From assembly GCA_004297825.1 (NCBI GenBank), contig SCSX01000036.1:172680-236679 (forward strand): a stretch of DNA of 64,000 bases. The letters are read 5' to 3'. Below the pieces are notes generated by a model. The model was given only the letters and a program-made list of their open reading frames with translations, was not told the origin of the DNA and made no database searches. This document shows, piece after piece, positions 35,886 through 46,848 of this stretch. The stretch comes from Spirochaetota bacterium. GTDB taxonomy: Bacteria; Spirochaetota; UBA4802; UBA5368. Both the position numbers and the translations under genes were made by a program. How positions within the stretch are numbered: the stretch's first letter is position 1; every line of letters starts with the position of its first letter.

Positions 35886-36614
35886 ATGAGAATAATGGTT
35901 CCGATACTCTTCGTGGCGGGAATCGCCGCCCTTTTAACGGCGATCGCGACGCTTGGCCCGGTCGAAGGCGGAACATCCTCGGCCCGTGAGGGTGCCGGCG
36001 AGGGCATGCAGTTCGGCGCGGTCGTGAAGGTGGACATGCAGACCTTCGAAATCGATATCTCCCGCGAGGGCTTCGCCGACACGAAAGGGATGATCTCCCG
36101 GCTCTATATCAGGCTCCCGAACGGGGTCGTGGAGCTCGCGCTCGTGCGGGGCGGCTGGAAGGAGCAGCGCGCGCGTTTCACGGGCCAGTCGCGCCGGCTT
36201 GCCGCGCAGGTCAGGCCGGGCATGACGATATTCTACGAGCGCGCCCCCTCGATACCAGAAATGAAAACGGTGCTTTTCAGCGAGTATGTCGAGCTCAAGT
36301 GGATGCAGGGGGACCCTGCGTATCTGGAATGGAAGGAGGCGATGAAGTTTTGCGCGGCGCGTGGATTGCGCCTCCCCACCATTCGGGAATGGACCGCCGC
36401 GCACGACCGGCTGGAGCCCGTGGACTGGAACAGGATATTTTTCGGCGCGATATACGAGTGCCTGTACACGCCGTGCTACTGGTCCTCGACGGAGCATGTC
36501 GAGGGACAGTACGACAGCGCCTATTACTTTTACGAGGGAAAGGGAACCCAGTACATGTTCAAGACGTATTCCGCGCTCACGCGCTGCGTGCGCGCGGCCG
36601 CCGCGGGGAATTGA
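35886..36614 (+). CDS. Secreted DUF1566 (Lcl C-terminal-like) domain protein
   Basis: N-terminal signal/TM. ...WKEAMKFCAARGLRLPTIREWTAAHD...YWSSTEH...YYFYEGKG fits DUF1566. Confidence 0.65.
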   Translation: MRIMVPILFVAGIAALLTAIATLGPVEGGTSSAREGAGEGMQFGAVVKVDMQTFEIDISREGFADTKGMISRLYIRLPNGVVELALVRGGWKEQRARFTGQSRRLAAQVRPGMTIFYERAPSIPEMKTVLFSEYVELKWMQGDPAYLEWKEAMKFCAARGLRLPTIREWTAAHDRLEPVDWNRIFFGAIYECLYTPCYWSSTEHVEGQYDSAYYFYEGKGTQYMFKTYSALTRCVRAAAAGN

Positions 36615-36617
36615 ACC

Positions 36618-39242
36618 CTACTTCCCGCCCAGGGAGCCGAACACGACCTCGAGTTTTTCCCTGAACGCCGGGTAGAGGTCGCGGGGCGCGCTCCCGGTTA
36701 TGATGAGTGCGTTTCCGTTGTGCGCCACCGTATACGATTCCCGCACCTGTTTCCCCACTTCGGAGGAGAGCGTCCAGAAGTATTCCGCTCCGTCCCTGTT
36801 CCCCCAGCGCTGTTTCACGATCGTGCCCCCCGTGCCCTTCACCCAGTCCTCGCAGGCCTTGTCCATGGCCCTTCCCTGGAGGGGAACCAGCGCGACCGTG
36901 ATGTCCGCGCGGTTGTCGGCGCTTCCCATGCGGCCCAGCACGCCGTCCCTGGCATCCGCGGAGTCGGGCGCGCGCTCGACCCAGCCTTCGGGCAGCGTGA
37001 TCGAAACGCCCGCGCTTTCAAGCGTGATTTTTCTCCCGGTATCCGCGCGGTCATGCGGGGCCGGCGTCTTCCCCCAGAGCTTCCGGTTGCGCTGGAGGAT
37101 GAGTTTCGCGGCCGCGTTCCGGTCGACCTCCGTGAAATTGGACTCGTTCATCGTCCAGTCGGCGACCTCGACCCGGGTACCGTCCGTGAATGCGTTTCGT
37201 ACGCCCGCGATGCAATCGTCCGCGGGGACGTCCCTGATATCGACGCCCTTCTGCCTGTAAAACGCGACAAGCAGGGATATGCGCGAAACGAGCCCCGCGA
37301 GCGTTTTCCGCAGTTCCTGTTTTGCGGCGTATTCCTTTTTAAGCCTTTCCGCGTCGAAGCCCTGAACGCCGGGAATAAGCGAGCCGGCGGCAAGCGCTTT
37401 TTCAAGCACGGGGCTCGTCTGCCCGCCTTCGAGCTCCTCGCGAAGGGCGCGGTAAGACTTCGCGTACAGGGGAAGCGCCTCGCGCGCGTAACCCAGTTTC
37501 ATGAGCGACGCGTGCTGACGCTCGAGCAGGCCCGTGAGCCCCGAGACCTCGAACTGGGCCAGGGACGCGTCCAGGTCCTTCCCCGCGCTCCGGGTGCGGC
37601 GCGTCGCTGCCGCGCGTGCGTCGGAGAAAGCAGCATGTGCCTTAGCCGCGGCGATATGCGATTCCTCGATCGCCCGGAGAAGATCGCGCTTCGCCGTTTT
37701 CACAGCGGCGGCCTGCTCCCTGCTGAAAAAGCGCAGGCTCTCCTTCCCGATCCCCGCGGCGTGCTTCATGGCTTTATAGAGCTCCCCCGCGCGCGCGTAG
37801 GCCAGCGCGTATCTCCTGTGGAGGGGCGGGCGGTCGATCGCGGCGGCGCCGGCGCATTCCTCTATAAGTCCCCGGATGAACTGCGCGTAACGGCCGTATT
37901 CCGCGGCCCGTTCCCGGTAGAGGGACTCCGCGCGGGCGCCGTCGGTCCGGCGCGCCTGTGAGAGCCACGCGCAGTAGTCCACCGATCGCGCGGCATACTC
38001 GCGCAGCGCCCCGAGCTTTGCCGTGATAAGATCCTTCGCGAGCCCGAATTCTTTTTCATCGATCACGCCAAGTCCTTTCGCCCGGGCCTGCGTGATCTCC
38101 TCATCCGCGCGCGCGATGGCCGCGAGCGGGTCCTTCGCGTAACGCGCGTACAATTCCAGGAGCTTTTTCCTGAGCGCGTCGAAATACTCCGCCCCTTCGG
38201 ATCCGGTGATGGATGCCGCTGCGTCCGTGCGGAACGTATCGGCCTCGCGCATGAAGCGGGCGCACATGGGAAGCGGGGGAAGCTTCACCGATACCCCGTC
38301 CGCGCGCGCGGGACCTTCCGCCGGGACCTCGGGGATATCGGTCCGCGCGAGGCAGGCGGACGAGAGCGCGCCGAATACCGTGCGCTCGAGGTCCGCGGGA
38401 TTTTTTAACAGCGCGCGCTTCCGCGCCGGCGGGAGTTGCGCGGCGTCTTTGCCGAGCGCGCCCATTTTCTCGATGAGCGCCGCCTCGCTGTCAAGGCGCG
38501 CGGTGAGCGCGTGCCAGGCGGGACATCCTGGCAGGTCGTCGGGCCCCATCACGACCGTCGCCGGAATCTCCGCGAGCGCGGCGTTGGCGGCGTCGACGAC
38601 CAGGTCCTCGAGCTCACGCGGCGAGAGGCGTCCCCCCGCGGCCGCGAGGCCTTCCCGTGTTTTCGCGAGGATCCCGTCCAGGTACTTCGCGAGCGTCGCG
38701 TCCCTGGCGGTGATCATGCGCGCCATGTACGCTTCCAGGGCAAGGGGCTGGAGCGCCGCCCGGAAAAAGTCCTCGTCAAGGATCGCCGCGGCGAGTTCAT
38801 CCGCGTCGGTTCCACCGGCAAGGCGCGCGCGAAGCGCCGTCGCGGACGCCGCGCGGACGGCCTCGATGCTCTTCTTTTCGCCGGGCAGCGCGGTAAGCAT
38901 GTCGAGCCGGGCTATTGAAAAGAGGGGCTGGGAAAGGCGTTTCGTCTCGGCGGCGAGTTCTTCGGCAGTAAAGGCCCGTTTTTCGTAGCGCGGCGAGCCG
39001 TCCCCCTTCAATGATCGCTGGAACTGGCCGAGCGTCGCGCGCGCGACCTCTATCTCCGCGTCCATCGATTCAAGGAGCGCCGCGTGCGCCCCCTCGCGGG
39101 CGAGCCGTTCCCTGTCGGCGCTCACCTGTTTCAGGCGCATGTCCCACCAGTCGAGGCGCTGCCCCACGAAGGCGTGCAGGGGACGCGTGATCGGTCCAAG
39201 GACCATAAGTGCGGTCAACGCGAGACAGATGCGTGTTTTCAT
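36618..39242 (-). CDS. Large secreted Ala/Arg/Glu-rich hypothetical protein (874 aa)
   Basis: Signal peptide MKTRICLALTALMVLGPITRPLHA. The body is a highly charged, alanine-rich, predicted helical/coiled-coil protein with no enzymatic motif recognised. Confidence 0.6.
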   Translation of the reverse strand: MKTRICLALTALMVLGPITRPLHAFVGQRLDWWDMRLKQVSADRERLAREGAHAALLESMDAEIEVARATLGQFQRSLKGDGSPRYEKRAFTAEELAAETKRLSQPLFSIARLDMLTALPGEKKSIEAVRAASATALRARLAGGTDADELAAAILDEDFFRAALQPLALEAYMARMITARDATLAKYLDGILAKTREGLAAAGGRLSPRELEDLVVDAANAALAEIPATVVMGPDDLPGCPAWHALTARLDSEAALIEKMGALGKDAAQLPPARKRALLKNPADLERTVFGALSSACLARTDIPEVPAEGPARADGVSVKLPPLPMCARFMREADTFRTDAAASITGSEGAEYFDALRKKLLELYARYAKDPLAAIARADEEITQARAKGLGVIDEKEFGLAKDLITAKLGALREYAARSVDYCAWLSQARRTDGARAESLYRERAAEYGRYAQFIRGLIEECAGAAAIDRPPLHRRYALAYARAGELYKAMKHAAGIGKESLRFFSREQAAAVKTAKRDLLRAIEESHIAAAKAHAAFSDARAAATRRTRSAGKDLDASLAQFEVSGLTGLLERQHASLMKLGYAREALPLYAKSYRALREELEGGQTSPVLEKALAAGSLIPGVQGFDAERLKKEYAAKQELRKTLAGLVSRISLLVAFYRQKGVDIRDVPADDCIAGVRNAFTDGTRVEVADWTMNESNFTEVDRNAAAKLILQRNRKLWGKTPAPHDRADTGRKITLESAGVSITLPEGWVERAPDSADARDGVLGRMGSADNRADITVALVPLQGRAMDKACEDWVKGTGGTIVKQRWGNRDGAEYFWTLSSEVGKQVRESYTVAHNGNALIITGSAPRDLYPAFREKLEVVFGSLGGK

Positions 39243-39485
39243 GCGGGCGCTCCTTTTCGGCCCGGGCGCTCCCGGGCTGCTGTATATAGTATCGAAAAGG
39301 CGGACGATTCTGATTAGCAGGGAATCTGGTCACCCTGCCCCGTAATCGGGGATGATGCCCGGCCGGGATTCAGGCAGGCGCGCGGAATGGGTTGAAGCTT
39401 TTAAGGAGAAGGGGGTCCGATACGCACCGCTGCGGACGGAGAAATCCCTGTGAGGCGAAAGCGTATCGGCCCCCCGATTGCCGTG

Positions 39486-39989
39486 CTAAAAGTACCAGCG
39501 GGCGCCTATGCCCGCGTCCAGGTCGAACGCGGTCGAGGGCAGCAAAGATATCCCGGGAGCGATCTCCGCGAATAATTCGAGCTTCGGGAGTGCCATAAAA
39601 CTGAGTCCAACCGGTATCCGGACGCCGAGTTCCGACGAGGGTTCGTGCCGGGCTCGGCGCCCGTCGTTATCCTCCCACGCGATGAACTTGGCGCCGGCTC
39701 CCGCGTACCAGTCCAGGGTTGCCGCCAGGGGCGCGGTGTACACCCAGTAGTCGCAATGAGCATGAAAATGGTTCTCGATGGACCATGCAAGCCCTATCAC
39801 GGGAAACGAGCGATAGCGGAAGGTGAGTCCTGTCGGCTCGCCGATCATGATTCCTATGCCGGGGCCCTGGGGGGTTGCGGTGCGGGCGGGAAGTGCGGTC
39901 AGGAAGATAAAGAGTACGGTGCATGCTCCGCACAGAGCCGGAATACGAAACTCCCGGATGGATTTCTTTGCGAATTGCGCTTCATTCAT
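39486..39989 (-). CDS. Small outer-membrane beta-barrel protein
   Basis: Signal peptide followed by alternating amphipathic strands, ending in the aromatic C-terminus ...GIGARWYF. Confidence 0.6.
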   Translation of the reverse strand: MNEAQFAKKSIREFRIPALCGACTVLFIFLTALPARTATPQGPGIGIMIGEPTGLTFRYRSFPVIGLAWSIENHFHAHCDYWVYTAPLAATLDWYAGAGAKFIAWEDNDGRRARHEPSSELGVRIPVGLSFMALPKLELFAEIAPGISLLPSTAFDLDAGIGARWYF

Positions 39990-40091
39990 GACAATACCTC
40001 AGCAACAATCGGCATTAATAATTAACTTATAACATCTGAAAAAATCAAAGGTTATTAAAACAAATCAGTGTACGATCAGGCGGGCTCAGCC

Positions 40092-40952
40092 CTAGAAATA
40101 TTCCGGCAGGATCGCCTTCAGCCGCTTCGCCGCCGCGCGGCCCTGCTTTTCCTTCGCCGTGATGACCGCGAATTTCGCGGCGCTGCGGCAGTCGCAGGTG
40201 CGCTCGTGGGACATGTGCGGGATCAGGTTCTTTAACAGGGCCTTCGCGTGGACGGCGTTTTTATTAAGGTTCGCGACCACCAGCTCCACGGATACGTGGG
40301 CCTCGTCCTCCTTCCAGCAGTCGTAATCGGTGCTCATGCAGATGACGGTGTAGCATATCTCGGCCTCGCGCGCGAGCTTGGCCTCGGGGATGGTGCTCAT
40401 GTTGATGACCCCGGCGCCCCAGCCCCGGTAGAGGTTGCTCTCCGCCTTCGTGGAGAACGCGGGTCCCTCCATGCATACCAGGGTCGTCCCGGTGTGCAGC
40501 GTGATGCCCAGCGCCTTCGCCTCCGGCGCCACGAGCCCCTGGAGCCTTCCGCAGAAGGGGTGCCCGAACCCCACGTGCGCGGCGATGCCCTCCCCGAAAA
40601 ACGTCGAGGGGCGCGCCTTTGTCCGGTCAATGATCTGGTCGGGGAGCACGAAATCGAGCGGATGGATCTCCTCCTTGAGGCTTCCCACCGCGGAAAAGGC
40701 GAGGATCTCCTCGACGCCCAGCATCTTGAGGGCGGCGATATTCGCGCGGTAGTTGATCTCGTGCGGAAGCACCACGTGGCCGCGCCCGTGCCGGGGAAGG
40801 AAGGCCGCCGTGCTCCCGTTGATCTCGGCTATCGTGATGGCGTCCGAAGGTTTGCCCCACGGCGTCGAGGGCTTCACCTCGTTGATTACCTTCACGCCCT
40901 CGATTTCATAAAGCCCCGAACCGCCTATAATGCCGATCTTCGCGCCGCCCAT
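40092..40952 (-). CDS. mtnP: S-methyl-5'-thioadenosine phosphorylase
   Basis: MGGAKIGIIGGSGLY...FLPRHGRGH...VGSLKEEIHP...VINMSTIPEAKLAREAEICY is canonical MTAP. The ORF extension to 41303 is rejected. Confidence 0.85.
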   Translation of the reverse strand: MGGAKIGIIGGSGLYEIEGVKVINEVKPSTPWGKPSDAITIAEINGSTAAFLPRHGRGHVVLPHEINYRANIAALKMLGVEEILAFSAVGSLKEEIHPLDFVLPDQIIDRTKARPSTFFGEGIAAHVGFGHPFCGRLQGLVAPEAKALGITLHTGTTLVCMEGPAFSTKAESNLYRGWGAGVINMSTIPEAKLAREAEICYTVICMSTDYDCWKEDEAHVSVELVVANLNKNAVHAKALLKNLIPHMSHERTCDCRSAAKFAVITAKEKQGRAAAKRLKAILPEYF

Positions 40953-41315
40953 GTACGCCTCCGTTGGAAAAGTACGGGCATGATATCGCATACTTTGCCG
41001 CGCGCGCAAGGAAAATTCGGGACTATACACGGATTTGCATAACAACTCATTTCGAGGGGGAAGTAAATATGTTGACTTACCATTCGCCGAATATACTATC
41101 AATAATGTTTTCCGGTTGGATATGAATAGGAACTTGATTCGACAGGCGCGTTTCTGCCGGTCTGCGGCTACGGGTGCCTGAAGGGTCAGTCGGTTTGTGC
41201 GGAGGATCAAGGCCGGGTAAAAATCCGTGTGCGTGAAGATGCGTGTCAATGACGGAAACTGAATTCCTGGGAAATGGACAACGGCGACGGGCGGTACAGC
41301 CATGAAGTCAGAAGA

Positions 41316-43406
41316 ATGAAAATGTTCCTTTTCAATAAACTATCAACACTGCCTCTTTTGCTCATTTTACTCCACGCGTTCCCTCTTTTTGCGTCCGAAA
41401 TCGACCTGGTCAGCGAACCCGTCTATGTGCGGAAAGGCTTCGATCCCTCATTCGTGGATAGTATTCCTCGTGTCGATGAAAAAACTGTTCTTTTCATTCC
41501 GGGGAGCAAAACCGGCAGCCGTAAGATCGTATTAAAAGAACTTTCCCTGGAAGGCCTGCCCCAGAGGGATGTTTTCTCATTAACCGAATATCCCCCTGAG
41601 AGCTTCACTTTTTTAACGGAATTTTCACTTGCCGGAGAGGACCTGGCGGGGTGCTTCCCTAAAGGCGTCTATTTTGCCAACATAGGTGAGAACTGGGCGA
41701 TTTACCTGAACGGGCATCTCCTGGGATCGGAGATTCACCTGGATGAAAAGGGCCGGATAACCGCGTACCGGCATTACCGGAAAGTTCTCATCCCCATCGA
41801 TCCGCGCATCTTCCGCGAGGGCGGGAATATTCTCGCCGTCCGAATTATCGGCGATCCTACCAATATCGATTCGGGATTTCATCGCAGCACCCCGTTTATC
41901 ATCGACTCCATGGACAGGCTGAACAGCCTGCGGTCGGATCAGACGGAGCTCATTCTCATTTTCATTTACCTTTTCGTAGGGCTGTACCACCTGTTCCTGT
42001 TTCTGAGGCGCAGGGGCGAGAGGTATAATTTTTATTACAGCGCGTTTTCCGTCATGCTCTTCACCTACCTCGTCTCGCGTACCAGCGCGGTCTACGCCGT
42101 TATCCCGGATTCAACCGTCCTGCATCGCGTGGAATACTGCTCACTGTACACGCTTATCCCCCTGTTCGGGGCGTTCGCCGACTACCTCCTCGTGGGAAGA
42201 TTCAGCCGAATAATGAAAGCGTATGCGCTGCTCTATTCGGCGCTGATCATCGTAACCGTACTCCCGGTATCCAACCCGTTTGCGATCGACGTATTGCGTA
42301 TCTGGCAGGTAACCTCCCTATTCGCGCTTGTGTTCATCGTGTTTTACAGAATCGGCCGGCCGGTACTGTCCTACTTTAAGAAGCTTTTCTCTGATTATAA
42401 TTCGTTGCCGCGGCTGCACCGCGCAGCCAGGTCTGCGTACCGGTCACTCTTCTTCTCCACCCCGGGAAGCATGTTGATCGGTGCGCTCGTCATGTTCGGA
42501 TGCGCGGTATTCGACATCCTCGATTCGATGTTCTGGGCATACGACCTGGTCCTGGCCCAGTATGGATTTTCCGCGTTCACCCTGGGAATAACCCTGATCC
42601 TGGCAAACCGGTTCATCTCGGTTCACAACACGCTCGAGTCGAGCTGCGAGGTCTCCAGGAAAGAGATGGAGCTCGCGTCGGACATGCACTCCCGGCTGCT
42701 CCCTCCCGCGCCTTCGGGGATCGCCGGCTGGGACATCGCCCTCTCGTTCAAGCCGAGGCACGGCGCTTCCGGGGACTTTTACGATTTTTATGTCGAAGAC
42801 AGCCGTCTTGAGGGGATGACCATCTTCGACGTATCCGGACACGGCGTCTCGTCTGCCCTCATCACCATGATAGTCAAGCCGATAATGTTCAGGCTCTTCA
42901 GCACAATGAAGCAGAGCGGCCTCGATGAAATAATCGGGAAGCTCGACGAACAGGTGTCCCGCGAGATGGCGAGCCTCGACAATTTCGCCTCATGTATACT
43001 GCTCCGGTTTAACGGCCCGAACATTGAATATGTTAACGCGGGCCACCCGGACCTCCTTCATTTGCGCCGGGGTTACGGCGAGGTCGCAATCGCCGGTGAC
43101 GGCGAAGGAGATTTCCACCTGGCGCCGGTCGGCCAGCACATTGCGCAAAAGGCCGCCTCGGTGATCAATCTCACGACGGAAAAGGGGGACGTGTTATTAC
43201 TGTTTACCGACTGTATAATCGAGAGCCGGAACGCGCGCAAAGGTCCCTATGGCCTTAACAGCCTCATGACATCACTTTCGGAAACAAAGGACCTGTCGGC
43301 GCAGGAGATACTTGATGCGATTCTGAAAGATTTTAATTCCTTTATTCCCGAAGCGCAGATTCTCGATGACTTCACCGTTATCTGCCTGAAAAGGACCGCC
43401 GACTGA
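41316..43406 (+). CDS. 7TMR-DISM (extracellular DISMED2 + 7TM) sensor fused to a PP2C/SpoIIE-type serine phosphatase
   Basis: Signal peptide plus a periplasmic domain, seven TM helices, then a PP2C-like domain (...DFYDFY..., ...FDVSGHGVSSAL..., ...VNAGHPD..., ...LLLFTDCIIE). Confidence 0.8.
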   Translation: MKMFLFNKLSTLPLLLILLHAFPLFASEIDLVSEPVYVRKGFDPSFVDSIPRVDEKTVLFIPGSKTGSRKIVLKELSLEGLPQRDVFSLTEYPPESFTFLTEFSLAGEDLAGCFPKGVYFANIGENWAIYLNGHLLGSEIHLDEKGRITAYRHYRKVLIPIDPRIFREGGNILAVRIIGDPTNIDSGFHRSTPFIIDSMDRLNSLRSDQTELILIFIYLFVGLYHLFLFLRRRGERYNFYYSAFSVMLFTYLVSRTSAVYAVIPDSTVLHRVEYCSLYTLIPLFGAFADYLLVGRFSRIMKAYALLYSALIIVTVLPVSNPFAIDVLRIWQVTSLFALVFIVFYRIGRPVLSYFKKLFSDYNSLPRLHRAARSAYRSLFFSTPGSMLIGALVMFGCAVFDILDSMFWAYDLVLAQYGFSAFTLGITLILANRFISVHNTLESSCEVSRKEMELASDMHSRLLPPAPSGIAGWDIALSFKPRHGASGDFYDFYVEDSRLEGMTIFDVSGHGVSSALITMIVKPIMFRLFSTMKQSGLDEIIGKLDEQVSREMASLDNFASCILLRFNGPNIEYVNAGHPDLLHLRRGYGEVAIAGDGEGDFHLAPVGQHIAQKAASVINLTTEKGDVLLLFTDCIIESRNARKGPYGLNSLMTSLSETKDLSAQEILDAILKDFNSFIPEAQILDDFTVICLKRTAD

Positions 43407-43669
43407 CGGGAATTGCCGATGCCCCCATTTTTTTTCACGCCAGGGGAATGCCGGCCGTAATCAGTAGACTTGTTGCATAACTCAATTTTGCGGGGTATAA
43501 GGGGCGAAGCCCCTTAAAAGCCCCCGCAGGGGTTCCCCGCGGGCGTGAGACGGCAGTTTCGCAACAAGTCTGGTATTTATGTGATGATTAATTGACGTTG
43601 ACATGCGAAAGGTAACGTTATATGATATATGGGCATGCTGAAGCATCATGATTCAACGTGGAGGTTGTC

Positions 43670-45265
43670 ATGAAGCTGTCGTGGAAAAATTTAAGCATAA
43701 GTAAAAAGATAATCCTGCTTTCCTCGCTCATCATTCTCTCATTCGCCGTAACGGTGTTCGCCTATCTTATTCCGCTTTTCCAGGACGAGAGCATTAGGAT
43801 GAAAAAGGAAAAGGTCCGCGATATAGTCGCTACCGCCCTGAGCGTGATAGAAGCGATCGACAAGGAATATGCGGCCGCGGGGAAAACGAAGGAGGATGCG
43901 CAGAAAAGCGCCGTCGGGCAGCTGCGCGGTATCAGGTACGGGGACGAGGGCAAGGATTACGTCTGGATAAATGATTTTCAGCCGGTCGTCATCATGCACC
44001 CGTTCGCGAGCGATCTCGAGGGGAAGAACGTCGGTGAAAAAACCGACCCCACGGGGAAAAAGTTTTTCAAGGAAATGGTCCGCATCTGTCAGGAACGAGA
44101 GGCGGGCTATGTCGAATACATGTGGCAGTACAAAGACCAGAAGGAACGTGTGGTGCCCAAAATATCGTTCGTGAAAGCGTACAAGCCATGGGGCTGGATA
44201 ATCGGGACAGGGGTCTATTACGAAGACGTCCGCGAAAGCATCCTGAGCACGGTGGTGCGCATACTCCAGATTTTCGGTGGAATCATCGGGATCTCCATTT
44301 TGCTCTCGCTCTTCGTTTCCAGGAAAATTTCAAAGTCCATCCGCGTGGTGGTGGGGCGACTCCAGGAACTCGCCAGCGCGGAGGGGGACCTCACCGGGAG
44401 GCTGCCTGTGGAATCCGGTGACGAGGTGGGCGAACTCTCGCTGGTGCTCAACCGTTTCCTGGACCAGTTCGAGGGGCTGGTCGTAGAGATCATGGATTCA
44501 TCCCGCGCGCTTTCACAGGCCGTGGGGGAAATCAGCACCGGAAACCAGGACCTTTCGGACCGCACCTCCCGCCAGGCGTCCTCTCTCGAGGAGGTGGCAT
44601 CCTCGCTGGAACAAGCGGTCGCGTCGGTCCGCCAGAACGCTGAAAATACTATGGCCGCGAACGGACTGGCGAGCGAGACGGTGAGGATAGGCGAGGAAGG
44701 GAACCGCATCGTTCTCTCGGCGGTTGAATCCATTCGCGAGCTCAGCCATTCGAGCGAGAAAATCAGCGAGATCGTGGAGGCCATTAACGGCATCGCCTTT
44801 CAGACGAACCTCCTTGCGCTCAACGCGGCTGTCGAGGCGGCCCGGGCGGGAGACAGCGGGCGCGGATTCGCGGTCGTCGCGGCCGAGGTGCGCAACCTGG
44901 CCCAGCGGGTCCAGGGATCGGCGAAAGAAATTGGGGTTCTGATAAAAGAGGCGCTCGAAAAGATGCAGGAGACCAACAGCCGCGCGGGTAAGAGTTCCGA
45001 GGCGCTGCAGAACATCACGGAATCGATCAAGCGCGTGGGAGGTCTAATCTCGGAAATCTCCGCGGCGAGCGAGGAACAGCGCCAGGGCATGGACCAGATA
45101 AACGCCGCCGTCACGGACATGGACAGGATCGGCCAGCAGAACGCCGCGCTCGTGGAGCAGACGGCCGCGGCGAGCGAGGAGATGTCGCGGCAGGTCGAGG
45201 TGCTCCTCGAAAAGGTGAGCCGGTTCAAGACAAGCGAACATTCCAGAGAGCGCTCCCCGGCTTGA
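43670..45265 (+). CDS. Methyl-accepting chemotaxis protein with a periplasmic Cache-like sensor and a HAMP domain
   Basis: TM1, a periplasmic domain (...[16 protein letters not shown]...), TM2, HAMP, then the MCP signalling domain (...[37 protein letters not shown]...). Confidence 0.85.
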   Translation: MKLSWKNLSISKKIILLSSLIILSFAVTVFAYLIPLFQDESIRMKKEKVRDIVATALSVIEAIDKEYAAAGKTKEDAQKSAVGQLRGIRYGDEGKDYVWINDFQPVVIMHPFASDLEGKNVGEKTDPTGKKFFKEMVRICQEREAGYVEYMWQYKDQKERVVPKISFVKAYKPWGWIIGTGVYYEDVRESILSTVVRILQIFGGIIGISILLSLFVSRKISKSIRVVVGRLQELASAEGDLTGRLPVESGDEVGELSLVLNRFLDQFEGLVVEIMDSSRALSQAVGEISTGNQDLSDRTSRQASSLEEVASSLEQAVASVRQNAENTMAANGLASETVRIGEEGNRIVLSAVESIRELSHSSEKISEIVEAINGIAFQTNLLALNAAVEAARAGDSGRGFAVVAAEVRNLAQRVQGSAKEIGVLIKEALEKMQETNSRAGKSSEALQNITESIKRVGGLISEISAASEEQRQGMDQINAAVTDMDRIGQQNAALVEQTAAASEEMSRQVEVLLEKVSRFKTSEHSRERSPA

Positions 45266-45286
45266 ACCGGGTTCGATCGAATCGCC

Positions 45287-46675
45287 TTAAAGTATTTTGT
45301 GCGGATTCAGGATGCCCGCGGGATCGAACGCCGTTTTGATGCGCCGCAGCAATTCGATCTCCTCATGCGAAAGCGCCATGTTCAGATAGTCCCGCCGCGT
45401 AAACCCGATTCCATGTTCCCCCGTAATCGTGCCCCCGTGCGCGATCGCGATCTCATAGATCCTGCGCTTCATCCCCGGAAGCATCGCGTTCCAGGCCGGG
45501 TATTCGATTTCGTCTTTTAGGGCGTCGATATGCACATTCCCGTCCCCCGCGTGCCCGAACATTATGGAGCGCAGGCCCAGGGATTCCAGGTATGACTTGA
45601 CCTCTCTCAGGAAGGGGGGAATTTCGGAGCGCGGGACCACGGTATCCTCGGCAAGAAAAACAGGGCTCTCTTTCGTAATGGCCTCGCGAATGGCGCGCCT
45701 TGCTTTCCATATGCGTTCGCTCTGCCGACGGGTTTCCGCGACCAGTACCCGTTCGGGTGAAATGCTCAGGATCCCCGTGAGACGCTCAAGATCGCCGTTT
45801 ACCGATTCTGCCGTCGTCCCGTCAAGCTGGACGAGCAGGTGCGCGCGTGCGCGGGGAAAGGGTATCTCCTGCCCGAAATGCCGCGCCACCAGCCGGATGG
45901 CGTCCTCTTCCATGAATTCCAGGGCCGCAGGGACGATCCTGCCGGATATGATCCGGAAGACGTCTTCTACGGCTTCATCCAGTGATTCGTACGGGATGAG
46001 CAGGTCCATAGTATAGGGGGCCGCGGGGACGAGTCTCAGGAGGATTTTCGTGATAACCGCAAGCGTCCCCTCGGAGCCGGTTAGAATACCGACAAGGTTG
46101 TACCCCGTCGCGTTTTTTACATACTTGCCACCGGTGGTGATTATTGAGCCGTCCGTGAGCACGCATTCGAGACCCAGGATATAATCCTTGGTGGTCCCGT
46201 ATTTCACGGCGCGGGGTCCCCCGGCCCCTTCTGCGACATTGCCTCCAATCGAACAGGATTCCAGGCTGGAAGGATCGGGCGGATACATGAGGCCCATCTC
46301 CAGTGCGGCACGCTGAATGTCACCCGTAATCGCCCCCGGCTCGACAAGCGCCGTCATGTTGCGCGGGTCTATTTCGATAATCCTGTTCATGCGTTCCATC
46401 GAAAGGACCAGGCCGCCGGCGACGGGAATGGCGCCGCCGGTGACGCCGGTACCGGTTCCACGAGGGATGACCGGCACCCGGTGACGCGAGCATGTCTTCA
46501 TGACCTCGCTTACCTCGGCCGCGCTTTGCACATGTACGACAAGGTCGGGAAGATGACTGCAATCCGACGTCTCATCCCTTGAGTACCGCTCCAGTGTATC
46601 GGTGTCTCGGTATATCCGCGCCGGCCCGAGTTTTTGAATTAGTTCTCCCAGCACAGATTCGATCGCACGGGTCAT
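45287..46675 (-). CDS. glcD: FAD-linked oxidase (GlcD / D-lactate dehydrogenase family)
   Basis: FAD-binding PCMH domain (...RVPVIPRGTGTGVTGGA...) and the C-terminal FAD-oxidase domain (...HAGDGNVH...). 462 aa. Confidence 0.8.
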   Translation of the reverse strand: MTRAIESVLGELIQKLGPARIYRDTDTLERYSRDETSDCSHLPDLVVHVQSAAEVSEVMKTCSRHRVPVIPRGTGTGVTGGAIPVAGGLVLSMERMNRIIEIDPRNMTALVEPGAITGDIQRAALEMGLMYPPDPSSLESCSIGGNVAEGAGGPRAVKYGTTKDYILGLECVLTDGSIITTGGKYVKNATGYNLVGILTGSEGTLAVITKILLRLVPAAPYTMDLLIPYESLDEAVEDVFRIISGRIVPAALEFMEEDAIRLVARHFGQEIPFPRARAHLLVQLDGTTAESVNGDLERLTGILSISPERVLVAETRRQSERIWKARRAIREAITKESPVFLAEDTVVPRSEIPPFLREVKSYLESLGLRSIMFGHAGDGNVHIDALKDEIEYPAWNAMLPGMKRRIYEIAIAHGGTITGEHGIGFTRRDYLNMALSHEEIELLRRIKTAFDPAGILNPHKIL

Positions 46676-46848
46676 TATCCCCTCCTGTACGGCAGTATCA
46701 GAACATATCCGGCCATTGATTATTTCAATAAGTTTCTGAAAATCGGAATTTTCATCAATTTCAAATGCGAATGCGCCGTTCCTAAAAAGTTCTTTACTTG
46801 TAACAATTCCACCGGCTATCCTGATAAAGGAAGGAACGAGCAGGAGGA

